Shown here: piece after piece, positions 1 through 8,264 of the stretch
How positions within the stretch are numbered: the stretch's first letter is position 1
Layout of the letters: each line of letters opens with the position of its first letter
Assembly: GCA_900551145.1 (NCBI GenBank)
Contig: URUQ01000001.1
Location: 1 to 46,796, forward strand
DNA: 46,796 bases
From: an uncultured Eubacteriales bacterium
GTDB taxonomy: Bacteria; Bacillota; Clostridia; Christensenellales; CAG-917
Direction of reading: 5' to 3'
Notes under the pieces: generated by a model
What the model saw: the letters and a program-made list of their open reading frames with translations, nothing else
What the model was told of the DNA's origin: nothing
Database searches by the model: none
Position numbers and translations under genes: made by a program

Positions 1-100
1 TGCTCTTGATGGTGGTATCCGCAACCATCTTTCCGTTTTCATCCAATATAACTGCTTTTGTGTAGGTTGAACCTACGTCGCATCCGCCAAAATATTTCAT
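1..100 (-). CDS. BcrAD/BadFG-type ATPase (activase of 2-hydroxyacyl-CoA dehydratase / benzoyl-CoA reductase family); N-terminal fragment, gene runs off the left edge
   Basis: The reverse complement of 1..100 reads ATG AAA TAT TTT GGC GGA TGC GAC GTA GGT TCA ACC ..., giving MKYFGGCDVGSTYTKAVILDENGKMVADTTIKS. This is the typical G-x-D-x-GST-x-x-K phosphate-1 motif of this ATPase family. An AAAGGAGAAG RBS lies at about 106-115, directly downstream of two HGD-D subunit genes. Confidence 0.7.
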   Translation of the reverse strand, partial: MKYFGGCDVGSTYTKAVILDENGKMVADTTIKS

Positions 101-115
101 ATTATTCTTCTCCTT

Positions 116-1669
116 TTACCAACGATTGGTATCGTCAAAATCGACGATTGTCGGGTCGAGAGGTTCTTCTCTCAACACGGTCTTCATATAACGGTTGACG
201 TCGTTGCGCATATCTTTTCTCGATGCCTTGGTGGGGTTCATCAACGCATGGTATACCCAAACGATATGGATACCGCGTTTTCTTCCTTCTTCTTCGATAA
301 GCCCGTGATAACCCGCCATAGACTTGCAACCGATATGCTCGTACATAATGACCATATCAGCATTGAATTCTTCGCAATATTGCCAAAGTTGTTCGACGCC
401 GACTTCGTAACCGCCGTTGGAGTGGTTGCGCATAATCATATTCATATTGTATTCGCCGAGGTCGAGCATCGCTTGTTCGTGGTCTTCGTAGTTGATGGGC
501 TTGGTGAGCGTGAACGAAAGCATATCGCAAAGCGTCACGATACCCCAGCAGTTTGCAAGCCATTGGTTGAAAGCGGTATAGTATTGAGCATGCACGCCCC
601 ATACGATTGCGCGGTGACGGATTTCCTTTGCCGCCAATGTCTTTTTCTCGTAACCTTTCTTTGCAAGGTCGGTGATTTCTTGGTCGAGTTTGAGGAAGGA
701 TGCGTCACGTCCGGAGATAACCATATACTCTGCGTCGCGGTAAAGCATAATGTTGTTTCCGCAGATTTGAGGATAAGGCGTCTTGTTCATTTCAAGCCAC
801 GTATCGAACAAAGCGTTTTGAGCGTTGTACGTCTTGCAGTTTCTTGTAAAAGCGTCCCAGTCCCATTTTTCACCCGTGTGTTCTTCGATAAACTTGATTG
901 CCGCAACCACTTGATCGCGAGAATAAGGAAGAACGGACTCTTGTTGGTGGCGCATAGGCGCAGCCATAGTGAAAGAGGGGAGATCGTCGTGGCGATCTTC
1001 GATTTGGTTGCCCATCAAAGAACCGTCGCAAGTGGTGTTGCAGTGAATTGCGCACACACCGCAGATCGGGAAGTCCTCGTCGATTGCACAACCGAGTTCC
1101 GCACAAGGCATCGGGCATACGTCGGAGGGGATTTGGAACTCTTCGGAAACCTCGATGTAGTGCAAAACGCCGTCCTGAGCGATTGTTGAACCCGTGTAGA
1201 TTGCGGGCACTTCTTTGGACACGAATTTGAGGTTGGGGAAGCCCATTGCAACGACCATCATGCCGTTTTCGTCCATAATGACGACTTTTTTGTTGAGTTC
1301 GTCGTACTTGCCGTTCTTGTTGCCGATGCGCTTGTCGCACTTAAAGAGCGTGTCCATCGTTTGCGTGAGGTGGCCGACGATACTGTCGTATTGCTTGTGG
1401 CCTATGCGGAGTTGTTCTCCTCTTACGCCTTCGAGGTGTCTGTCGATATAGTCGAAAGCCGCCATATAGTTGCCAAACCATCTATAAGTGAAGAGTGCTT
1501 TGATTGTGGTGGGTTTCATAATAAATTTGCCCATAACAAGCAAGTTTTTGAGCCAACGACCGAAGTCGTACATCGTATCTTTGAAACCGCGCCATTCTCT
1601 ACGAGTGGCAGTCCTTTTGCCGGGTTTATAGAATTTGCCCAATTTTTCGGAGTTAAGTTTTGCGCCCAT
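116..1669 (-). CDS. HgdA/HgdB/BcrB-family (HGD-D) dehydratase/reductase component; larger subunit with a 7-Cys insert
   Basis: 517-aa ORF. The C-terminal half looks like the HGD-D family by eye (GCKSMAGYHG ... GIHIVWVYHALMNP ... RNDVNRYMKTVL). It is tightly packed between a second HGD-D subunit (3-nt gap) and the activase gene. The Cys cluster CPMPCAELGC...CGVCAIHCNTTC is encoded at nt 1028-1117. Confidence 0.65.
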   Translation of the reverse strand: MGAKLNSEKLGKFYKPGKRTATRREWRGFKDTMYDFGRWLKNLLVMGKFIMKPTTIKALFTYRWFGNYMAAFDYIDRHLEGVRGEQLRIGHKQYDSIVGHLTQTMDTLFKCDKRIGNKNGKYDELNKKVVIMDENGMMVVAMGFPNLKFVSKEVPAIYTGSTIAQDGVLHYIEVSEEFQIPSDVCPMPCAELGCAIDEDFPICGVCAIHCNTTCDGSLMGNQIEDRHDDLPSFTMAAPMRHQQESVLPYSRDQVVAAIKFIEEHTGEKWDWDAFTRNCKTYNAQNALFDTWLEMNKTPYPQICGNNIMLYRDAEYMVISGRDASFLKLDQEITDLAKKGYEKKTLAAKEIRHRAIVWGVHAQYYTAFNQWLANCWGIVTLCDMLSFTLTKPINYEDHEQAMLDLGEYNMNMIMRNHSNGGYEVGVEQLWQYCEEFNADMVIMYEHIGCKSMAGYHGLIEEEGRKRGIHIVWVYHALMNPTKASRKDMRNDVNRYMKTVLREEPLDPTIVDFDDTNRW

Positions 1670-1671
1670 AG

Positions 1672-2868
1672 TCAGTGCTCTCCTTTTTCAGTCTGGATTT
1701 TTTTGATTTCCATTGCCTCGACAAACGCTTGGATTCTCGTGCGCAATTGTCCCGATTGTCCCGCATTGTACGGACGGTCGATTGAAAGGACTTGATAGCC
1801 GTATTCGTTTTGCAACACGGCGTGCATAAAGGGTCTGCCGTATCCCCAGTAGTCGCAGAACTTGATTTGCTCGATGATAATGCCGTCGGCGTGATATTCT
1901 CTTGCGATTCTATCGACGTAGCCGTGACGCTCGTTCACCTTTTCGGTGTTGAGGAAGCGGGGGCATTGTCCCGATTGCATATAGTATCTGCACACTTGCG
2001 TGAGCGCGTCCTCTTCGTCGTTGAGGATAATTTCTTGTCTGCCGGGCAAAGAGCCGAAGCAGTATCTGTCCGCAACCACAATGAGCCCCGTGTCTTCCGC
2101 AAGTTTGATGAAACTCGGGTCGTCGATTTCGCTGCCGACCATCGCTACGCGAGCGCGGTACGTACCGACTGGATCGGGAACTCTCGTTTTGAGCTCTTCC
2201 GCGGTCTCTTCGAGCTTTTCGATGAGCAAGTCTTTGGGACAACAGTACGTCGCAAGGCAGAAAATCGCAAATTCGTAGCCCGTAATCCGCGGTTGTGCGT
2301 CTTTTCTGTAATTGCCGATTTCGGTGATGAGACGAGAGATTTTGTTTTGCTCCTCAACTGCTTTGCGGATAGCGGCGTCGCTTACGTCGATTCCGAGATG
2401 CTCGTGAAGCGGTTTGAGGCAATGTTCTTTCATTTGAAGAACGTAGTGTTTGAGCGTAACCTCGTCGCTTTTCATAGGCACGTCGCAGTAAGAAGCGAAG
2501 AAGCCTTCGTGCGGACAGCAGCCGAGATGCTCGATGTTTTCGGCAAGACGGTTCATCATAGCGCACGCTTCGGGGGCAATCAATCCGTCGAGGAAAGAAA
2601 ATCCGCCTTCGAGAGCGCGTTCCAAAATGGAACGGCAAGCCTCACAGAAAATGGGGCTGAGATAGTAGTTGCCCATTTCCGTGCTGGTTGTTCTCGGCGC
2701 GCGAAGTCTGACAGAAAAAATTCCCGGCAAGTTGAGCAACGGTTCGGGAATTTGGTAACAAACGTGACCGATTGCCTTTCTTCCTGCCTCTTGCGCCTGT
2801 TGGATGAGCTCGTTGTTGGAGTTTTCCAATAAGTTCTCAAAGTAGATGAGGTGTTTTAGATCTCTCAC
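1672..2868 (-). CDS. HgdA/HgdB/BcrC-family (HGD-D) dehydratase/reductase component; smaller subunit
   Basis: I place the start at GTG 2868, preceded by AGGAGATATATT. The ORF-track start at 3009 would overlap the upstream gene by 130 nt. Family-typical features are AIGHVCYQIPEPLL near the N-terminus, FCDYWGY, and the C-terminal GQLRTRIQAFVE. Confidence 0.7.
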   Translation of the reverse strand: MRDLKHLIYFENLLENSNNELIQQAQEAGRKAIGHVCYQIPEPLLNLPGIFSVRLRAPRTTSTEMGNYYLSPIFCEACRSILERALEGGFSFLDGLIAPEACAMMNRLAENIEHLGCCPHEGFFASYCDVPMKSDEVTLKHYVLQMKEHCLKPLHEHLGIDVSDAAIRKAVEEQNKISRLITEIGNYRKDAQPRITGYEFAIFCLATYCCPKDLLIEKLEETAEELKTRVPDPVGTYRARVAMVGSEIDDPSFIKLAEDTGLIVVADRYCFGSLPGRQEIILNDEEDALTQVCRYYMQSGQCPRFLNTEKVNERHGYVDRIAREYHADGIIIEQIKFCDYWGYGRPFMHAVLQNEYGYQVLSIDRPYNAGQSGQLRTRIQAFVEAMEIKKIQTEKGEH

Positions 2869-2878
2869 AATATATCTC

Positions 2879-3640
2879 CTATAAAATATGTATTTCTTGC
2901 AAAGCCTCTTTCGCGCCGACGCAAATAGGGGAGGCGTCGGGGAGGAGGAACACGTTTTCGCCCATAACGTCGCAACGCGCCAAAGCGGAGTCCGACGGGA
3001 TATAGGCAAGCGTCTTTATATTGTCCACAACGGGCTTTTGTTCCATAGCCTCGGGGGACAATCTGTTTTGAATTACGCCGATTTCGTCGTACATAACGAG
3101 CTCGGACGCGACTTTTGCAATGGTTTTCACCACGTCGCGACCTTTCTTGGATTGGTCGGTGATAAGCAATAGGTGCGACACTTTTTCCATAACTCGGCGG
3201 TTGATTTGCTCTATGCCCGCCTCTCCGTCTATCACCACGAAGTCGTAGTGTTTGGCAATGAGCGCAATCACGTCTTTGAGATAGGTGTTTATCTTGCAGT
3301 AGCAACCCGCGCTTTCGGGACGTCCGATTGCGATAAAATCAAAGCCTTTTGCGGTGCATATCGCTTCTTCTATGGAATATTCCGCATTGCCGAGAATTTC
3401 GATAGGAGAGATTTTGCCGTTTTGCGTCTGCTCAACGGTCTCTTTTCGCACATCGTCAATCGTCTTTTTCGGCTCTATGCCGAGTGCGGTGGACAATCCT
3501 ATCGCAGGGTCTGCGTCTATTGCGAGTATTCTTTTGTTAGGGAAATTTTCTACGAGAAGTTTTACGATTACGGCAGAAAGAGAGGTCTTTCCGACTCCTC
3601 CTTTTCCGGCAACGGCAATGATAATCGTTTTTCCGTCCAT
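2879..3640 (-). CDS. CooC-type MinD/ParA-family P-loop NTPase (metallocentre-maturation ATPase family)
   Basis: I place the start at ATG 3640 (MDGKTIIIAVAGKGGVGKT, a deviant Walker A), preceded by GGAG. It has a CooC-style C-x-C motif (ESAGCYCK) and a Walker B (FVVIDGEAG). The upstream 34 codons in the ORF track have no support. Confidence 0.7.
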   Translation of the reverse strand: MDGKTIIIAVAGKGGVGKTSLSAVIVKLLVENFPNKRILAIDADPAIGLSTALGIEPKKTIDDVRKETVEQTQNGKISPIEILGNAEYSIEEAICTAKGFDFIAIGRPESAGCYCKINTYLKDVIALIAKHYDFVVIDGEAGIEQINRRVMEKVSHLLLITDQSKKGRDVVKTIAKVASELVMYDEIGVIQNRLSPEAMEQKPVVDNIKTLAYIPSDSALARCDVMGENVFLLPDASPICVGAKEALQEIHIL

Positions 3641-3970
3641 ATCGTAAACTCCGAAAAATCGGCACGTTTTACCGCGTGCGAATAATACTGATAACGCATA
3701 TACACATCTATGTGGGCGTATGCGCGCGTGCAACAACCTCATTCTAACAACTCAAAATATAAAAAGCAATGCTTTTTGCAATTATTTGTCGAAAAATCAC
3801 ATGTAAAAAACAACCAAGCGTATGTTTGTCGAATAATTAATGGAAAGAGGCGATTTTTGTTTAAAACCGCCTCGTCTCATCGCTTGCCGCCTCATTTGCG
3901 CAATTTAATTGTTATTCGCAGGATACGCCTCGCAAGGCAAGTATATCCGTTGTCGCTTGTAAAGTTTCAA

Positions 3971-4723
3971 TCACACTATTCTCATAGCGGTGATATTTGC
4001 GCCCGTGAGATTTACGCTTTCACCCGATGTGTTGTATAGCGAAATCGTAGTGCCGTCCGCCGTCGCGTCAAAGAGTATGGTCTTTGACAAGTTTGCCGAA
4101 TTCGTCGAGGAAGCGTTTGCAGATATAATCTCGTTTGCAATCGCAGTCCCGTCCGCATACAGTTGCACGGAGAGATTGCCGTCTGTCGTTCTCTCTCCCG
4201 TCGCACCGTAGGTGATGAGATACGTGCCTGTCGGCAATACGAGTGCGTTGTCGGTGAGTGCCATAGTGGTAGTCGGTGTGGTGACGGAGTTGGCAAGCGG
4301 AATTATTGCTCCCGATTCTACCGTTTGAGTTCCGCCGTAAGCGTAGAGTGCGTCTTGAAGCGCGCTTGTTCCCGCCGGTCCTTGGGGACCGGTTTCACCT
4401 TGAGGGCCTTGAGGGCCGACCGGACCTTGGGGACCGGTTTCACCTTGAGGTCCTTGAGGACCGACCGGACCTTGGAGACCCGTCTCGCCTTGCGGTCCTT
4501 GCGGTCCTTGCGGACCCGTTGCGCCCGTGGCACCGGTAGCACCGGTTGCACCCGTCGGACCTACAGGACCTTGTGCGCCCATCGGCCCCATTGGCCCCAT
4601 CGGCCCTACAGGACCTTGCGGGCCGATAGGACCTCTGATATATTCGATCGTATTTGCGCCCGAACATCCGCACGGACGTAGATTGTTGTTGCAGCAAGAG
4701 TTTCCAAACCAATTGAAAAGCAT
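3971..4723 (-). CDS. Collagen-like (GXY) repeat protein with a BclA-type C-terminal globular domain; likely spore-surface/exosporium filament
   Basis: An AGGAGG RBS sits upstream of ATG 4723. The protein has a Cys-rich N-terminus ([15 protein letters not shown]) and about 29 GXY triplets. Its roughly 130-aa C-terminal domain is rich in T/S/N/A beta-strands and ends ...ANITAMRIV, like BclA/C1q-fold tails of Bacillus and Clostridium exosporium proteins. Confidence 0.75.
   Translation of the reverse strand: MLFNWFGNSCCNNNLRPCGCSGANTIEYIRGPIGPQGPVGPMGPMGPMGAQGPVGPTGATGATGATGATGPQGPQGPQGETGLQGPVGPQGPQGETGPQGPVGPQGPQGETGPQGPAGTSALQDALYAYGGTQTVESGAIIPLANSVTTPTTTMALTDNALVLPTGTYLITYGATGERTTDGNLSVQLYADGTAIANEIISANASSTNSANLSKTILFDATADGTTISLYNTSGESVNLTGANITAMRIV
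4370..4633 (-). repeat. GXY collagen triplet tract, including 2.7 tandem copies of a 45-nt unit ([15 protein letters not shown]) at 4370-4489
   Basis: The direct translation is [48 protein letters not shown]([15 protein letters not shown])([15 protein letters not shown])[10 protein letters not shown]. The DNA units are near-identical. Confidence 0.9.
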
Positions 4724-4761
4724 AGTATTTTACCTCCTTTTTATGTAAAAGACGGATTTTG

Positions 4762-4789
4762 TTGAAAACTGCGTAGAGCGTGGTAAAAT
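4762..4789 (+). promoter_or_regulatory. Candidate sigma-A promoter (TTGAAA - 16 nt - TGgTAAAAT) for the 4924 gene
   Basis: TTGAAA lies at 4762-4767 and TAAAAT at 4784-4789, with TG two nt upstream (extended -10). This would give a 5' UTR of about 130 nt. Confidence 0.35.
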
Positions 4790-4923
4790 ATATATGTAAC
4801 GAGGATTTGACCGTCCATATATCGTATGTGCAAATATTTTTTTGCGTGAATACGTAACCCAAATCGCATTCGTTCGTATATTACGTGTAAAACACGGCAC
4901 GAAAGTGCAGCGAGGATATCGTT

Positions 4924-5784
4924 ATGAAAGAGAGATTCAAACAGTTTTTGGAAGAGCATTTCAGAAAAATCGCACCCACTAAAGCTGCGATGGAATACCG
5001 CAAGACGTTGCTTGTCGAGCTTCTTGACAGAGAACAAGAATTGCGCATCAAGGGAGTAACCGACGACGAACTTATCTACAATATGGCAGTTTCCGAACTC
5101 GGTGACATAGATCAAACTCTTGCGGAATTTGAAAACAGACAAATCAAAAGCGGCGTCGTCAAACGCAAAGCAAGCGCGGTTGGAATCATCGCGGTGGCAA
5201 TCGTCGCGCTTTTGACGGTGGTGTATCTCATCGTCGGCGGCGTTGCAAAAATATGGCATCCCACTTGGCTTATTGTCGTCGGCGGTGCTTTTGCGGGCGT
5301 GGGAGTGTTGCTCGGATATGTTGCGCTTAAATTTGCACAAAAACGCAAATACGTCGTCACGAGAATTTGCGTCGCAATATGCGAAGTACTACTGTCCGTA
5401 TTCGTGTTTTTGCTGCTTGCACTCGTGCTTGAACCTGTATTGCATTTTGAGGGATCTTGGATGACCTTCCTTGCAATGGTTATGTTGCTTTTCGGCACGG
5501 ACACTTCTATTGCGTTTGCAACCAAGAGCAAAGCAAGATGGTTCGAGCTTCCCGTGTTCATCGAGATTTTCGGTGTAATGCTCTACGTTATGCTCGGAAT
5601 ACTCGTGCAAGGTTTTTGGCACCCGGGTTGGCTTCTTTGTCTTGCGGGCGCCTGCTGCGCACTCGTGCAAGTCATCGTCGTAGTCGTCAAAAAAACCAAG
5701 AAAAACAACGCCAAAGAGAAGGCGCAACTTGCCGATAAGAACGAAAAACAAAACGAAGCGTATTGGACAGAATGGGATGATTAA
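4924..5784 (+). CDS. Polytopic membrane protein with a DUF1700-like N-terminal helical domain; function unknown
   Basis: A GAGGA RBS precedes the start. The N-terminal roughly 75 aa are soluble and helical (MKERFKQFLEEHFRKI...DIDQTLAEFENRQ). About 6 hydrophobic helices follow, then a Lys-rich tail. Confidence 0.55.
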   Translation: MKERFKQFLEEHFRKIAPTKAAMEYRKTLLVELLDREQELRIKGVTDDELIYNMAVSELGDIDQTLAEFENRQIKSGVVKRKASAVGIIAVAIVALLTVVYLIVGGVAKIWHPTWLIVVGGAFAGVGVLLGYVALKFAQKRKYVVTRICVAICEVLLSVFVFLLLALVLEPVLHFEGSWMTFLAMVMLLFGTDTSIAFATKSKARWFELPVFIEIFGVMLYVMLGILVQGFWHPGWLLCLAGACCALVQVIVVVVKKTKKNNAKEKAQLADKNEKQNEAYWTEWDD

Positions 5785-5835
5785 CCTGTCGTTTTGACGA
5801 TATAAAAGTCGTTTTATGCAAATAGAGGAATTGTT

Positions 5836-7125
5836 ATGGCAAACACTATAAAGGCTGAAATGTGGGATAGAATGCAGTTTCTTTTCCGCAACTATTACGA
5901 TAGAATGGTGCACGCGAAATTCTCCTACAAGGGAAGTTTCGATATGGCCGCACTCAAAAACGCCGTGCTATATATGGTTGAAAAAGCACCCGTGCTCCAC
6001 TCCTCTTTCAACACCACGGTGGTCGAACCGTATTGGAAGGAAGAGAAGTACACAATAGACGATATCGTCTCCTACGAGCGCGTCGAGAACGCCGACGAAG
6101 TGGCGGACAAGTGGCTTTGCGAAGTTATCCCTTACGACAACAACGTGCAAGTCAAGATAGCGATTTTCGAGGACGACAACCAAAGCGTATTTTGTTGGCG
6201 CAACAACCATATGTGTATGGACGGCGGCGACCTCAAATATTTCCTTTCAACGCTTTGCAACAACTACAACGCACTCAAAGGCGGGGACTACGCCGCGCTT
6301 AATATGAAGACGGGTTCTCGTGCGTACGAGCAAGTGTATTCGATGCTCGAAGGCGACGACTTGAAGCACGCAAAAGGGCTTTACAAGAACATAAGCAAGG
6401 CGCAAGACAAAGTGCCGTTCCCGTGGTCGGAAAGCGTGGCCGAGGATATTAATCGCATTATAAAAAGAGAAATCGGTCAAGAGGACTTTGCGGGGATGCG
6501 AACGGTTGCCAAAAAACTCGGAATCACCGTCAACGATGCGATTATGGCGCTTGTGTTCCGCTCTTTGTATGAACTTTGCGGGCTCAAAGACGACGACAGC
6601 CTAACGGTATCGTGTGCAATCGACCTTCGCAAGCATATAGTCGAGGGCGGTTTGCAAGGCGGTCTCACAAACCACACGGCATGGATGGCAATCCGCACCC
6701 TTTGCAAAGGCGAAACAATGCAAGACACCGTAGTCAACGTCATTCGCTCCACCAAAGGCTACAAGCGCGACAAATTTATGGGGCTTTATTCCTTGCCTCT
6801 TCTCAAACTTGCGTACACCATATTCCCGCAAGACATCGCGGAGTTTGCCATCAAGGCGGGATACGACAATCCGCTTATCGCAGTGAGCAATATGGGTTTG
6901 CTCGACGACAAGAAACTCACCTTTGACGGCATGCAACTGATTGACGGCTTCATCTCGGGTGCGGTCAAGTACAAACCCTTCTTCCTTATGTCCGTCACGA
7001 CGATACTCGGCAGAGTGACGCTCTCCACGGCAATCAGAGGCAACGAAAAAGACGTAGAAATCGCCAATAGTTACTTTGACTTGGTTGAAAAGAACCTCAA
7101 AGAATTCAACGCAATCGAGGTGTAA
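5836..7125 (+). CDS. Condensation-domain-like acyltransferase (HxxxD type; PapA5/WS-DGAT/NRPS C-domain superfamily)
   Basis: 429 aa, with a GAGGAA RBS. The motif WRNNHMCMDGGD matches the HHxxxDG catalytic signature of condensation-type acyltransferases. The size is right for a stand-alone C-like domain. Confidence 0.5.
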   Translation: MANTIKAEMWDRMQFLFRNYYDRMVHAKFSYKGSFDMAALKNAVLYMVEKAPVLHSSFNTTVVEPYWKEEKYTIDDIVSYERVENADEVADKWLCEVIPYDNNVQVKIAIFEDDNQSVFCWRNNHMCMDGGDLKYFLSTLCNNYNALKGGDYAALNMKTGSRAYEQVYSMLEGDDLKHAKGLYKNISKAQDKVPFPWSESVAEDINRIIKREIGQEDFAGMRTVAKKLGITVNDAIMALVFRSLYELCGLKDDDSLTVSCAIDLRKHIVEGGLQGGLTNHTAWMAIRTLCKGETMQDTVVNVIRSTKGYKRDKFMGLYSLPLLKLAYTIFPQDIAEFAIKAGYDNPLIAVSNMGLLDDKKLTFDGMQLIDGFISGAVKYKPFFLMSVTTILGRVTLSTAIRGNEKDVEIANSYFDLVEKNLKEFNAIEV

Positions 7126-7131
7126 AAAACA

Positions 7132-7164
7132 AAAAAAGAATCATCGAACGGGTGATTCTTTTTT
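7132..7164. terminator. Bidirectional intrinsic terminator between convergent genes
   Basis: The sequence AAAAAAGAATCA-tcgaacggg-TGATTCTTTTTT has a stem flanked by an A-run on one side and a T-run on the other. Confidence 0.6.
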
Positions 7165-7243
7165 TGTTCTTGAAGGAAAGATCTCTATGCCTATTCTTTG
7201 TTCTTTTCAATTACAACTGCATTAACCCAAATGAGATTATCGT

Positions 7244-8017
7244 CTATTTGGGTTGTTGATTAATTGTCGTTTGGAAATTCGCATTTTTCTCTCGCACGTA
7301 TTCGTCGGTTTTTATTGACAAAACTTTGTCGTCTATCTCGAAGTATTTTTCAAGTTTGGGGAAGAGCGGTTTTGCAATCATTATCTTGTCCAGCATTTTG
7401 CTGAAAAAGCCGATTATCGTGCCGCCGCATATTGCCGTCGCGAGCGTGCCCCAGTATATCCCGCGAAATTCCTTGAACGCAATGAGCGTCATTGCCGTGC
7501 CCGTCGCAAGACAGCAGAGGTCGAATACGGTTTTTACGATAGTTTGTTTAAAGTGATAGCGTTCACTTATGCCTTTTACGAAAAAGTCGTAAACTTGCGG
7601 GTGCAAATACGCCTTGAAAGACAGTGCGACGGAGAAGAACGTGAGAAAATCTCCGAAGATAAAGAGAAGCACTCTTTGCCACGTTTCGTAGCTTTCGGGC
7701 GGGTTGACAGCGGTGTTGAAAAAGGGGATTTTTTGCAACGCAATGAGTATCGCGCCGTAAAGAAGGCAAGATATAAACGAAAATAGATATCCCACATTGA
7801 ACCGCCTTACGATGATGCAAAACAAAACTATCAATACGCCTTGCACGATATATTCCGCAATGCCGAACTCTATACCGAGAATAAGGCTCAATATATACGC
7901 GGGCGCAACGAGCATAGAAAGTCCGTATCCCGACGTCGTGAGCATAGCGACGGATAGGGCAATCAGTATTATCGCAACGAGATATATGATTTCGCTGTGT
8001 AGGGTGATTTTTTTCAT
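7244..8017 (-). CDS. Polytopic membrane protein (YczE/DUF6198-like by eye); function unknown
   Basis: I place the start at ATG 8017 (MKKITLHSEIIYL...), preceded by AAGGAAAGGAA. The protein has about 7 hydrophobic helices. The ORF-track extension to 8110 lacks an RBS. Confidence 0.6.
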   Translation of the reverse strand: MKKITLHSEIIYLVAIILIALSVAMLTTSGYGLSMLVAPAYILSLILGIEFGIAEYIVQGVLIVLFCIIVRRFNVGYLFSFISCLLYGAILIALQKIPFFNTAVNPPESYETWQRVLLFIFGDFLTFFSVALSFKAYLHPQVYDFFVKGISERYHFKQTIVKTVFDLCCLATGTAMTLIAFKEFRGIYWGTLATAICGGTIIGFFSKMLDKIMIAKPLFPKLEKYFEIDDKVLSIKTDEYVREKNANFQTTINQQPK

Positions 8018-8042
8018 AATTCCTTTCCTTTGTGCGCCTTGC

Positions 8043-8077
8043 AAAAAAATAACACAATTGCAAAAGCGCAATTGTGT
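8043..8077 (-). promoter_or_regulatory. Leader hairpin plus U-tract (candidate transcription attenuator) in the 5' UTR of the 7244..8017 gene
   Basis: On the minus strand the sequence reads ACACAATTGC-gctttt-GCAATTGTGT followed by TATTTTTTTG. That is a perfect 10-bp stem with a 7-U run, located between a candidate promoter and the RBS. Confidence 0.4.
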
Positions 8078-8126
8078 GGCGAAAAGTTGGCGTAGCCCGG
8101 AAAAGTCCACAAAGTTTTTCTATATG

Positions 8127-8155
8127 TAAATAACATAAGTTTTGTCTTATGTCAA
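8127..8155 (-). promoter_or_regulatory. Candidate sigma-A promoter (TTGACA - 17 nt - TATTTA) for the 7244..8017 gene
   Basis: On the minus strand, TTGACA lies at 8155-8150 and TATTTA at 8132-8127 with a 17-nt spacer. Confidence 0.4.
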
Positions 8156-8203
8156 TATATTTTTCAAAAACGAATTGTGTGAGCAATTTTTGAGCGATAG
8201 ATA

Positions 8204-8232
8204 TTGCACAAATGTGCGATATATGCTAAAAT
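8204..8232 (+). promoter_or_regulatory. Candidate sigma-A promoter (TTGCAC - 17 nt - TAAAAT) for the esterase gene
   Basis: TTGCAC lies at 8204-8209 and TAAAAT at 8227-8232. The ATG at 8265 is preceded by AAAAGGGG. Confidence 0.45.
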
Positions 8233-8264
8233 TCTATTAAACAATCCAAAAAGGGGTAATTATT

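Noticed and set aside
248-2832. Plus-strand ORFs 248..1189 (313 aa) and 1792..2832 (346 aa)
   Set aside because: They are codon-aligned antisense shadows of the two HGD-D subunit genes. The minus-strand products have clear family motifs, and the plus-strand products have none.
2869-3009. ORF-track N-terminal extensions (also 3641..3742, 8018..8110, 12164..12178, 12711..12761, 15187..15222)
   Set aside because: The extensions overlap upstream genes or promoter boxes and lack an RBS. In each case an internal start with a Shine-Dalgarno sequence (or, for 15186, a leaderless geometry) fits better.
3990-5340. Multiple ORFs on both strands around the collagen-like gene (4163..4681, 4306..4539, 4318..4551, 4440..4862, 4527..4748, 4741..5340)
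   Set aside because: They are a by-product of the GC-rich GXY repeat, which is open in several frames. Only the minus-strand 3971..4723 frame gives GXY triplets plus an RBS and a folded C-terminal domain. ORF 4741..5340 runs antisense to the 4924 membrane-protein gene.
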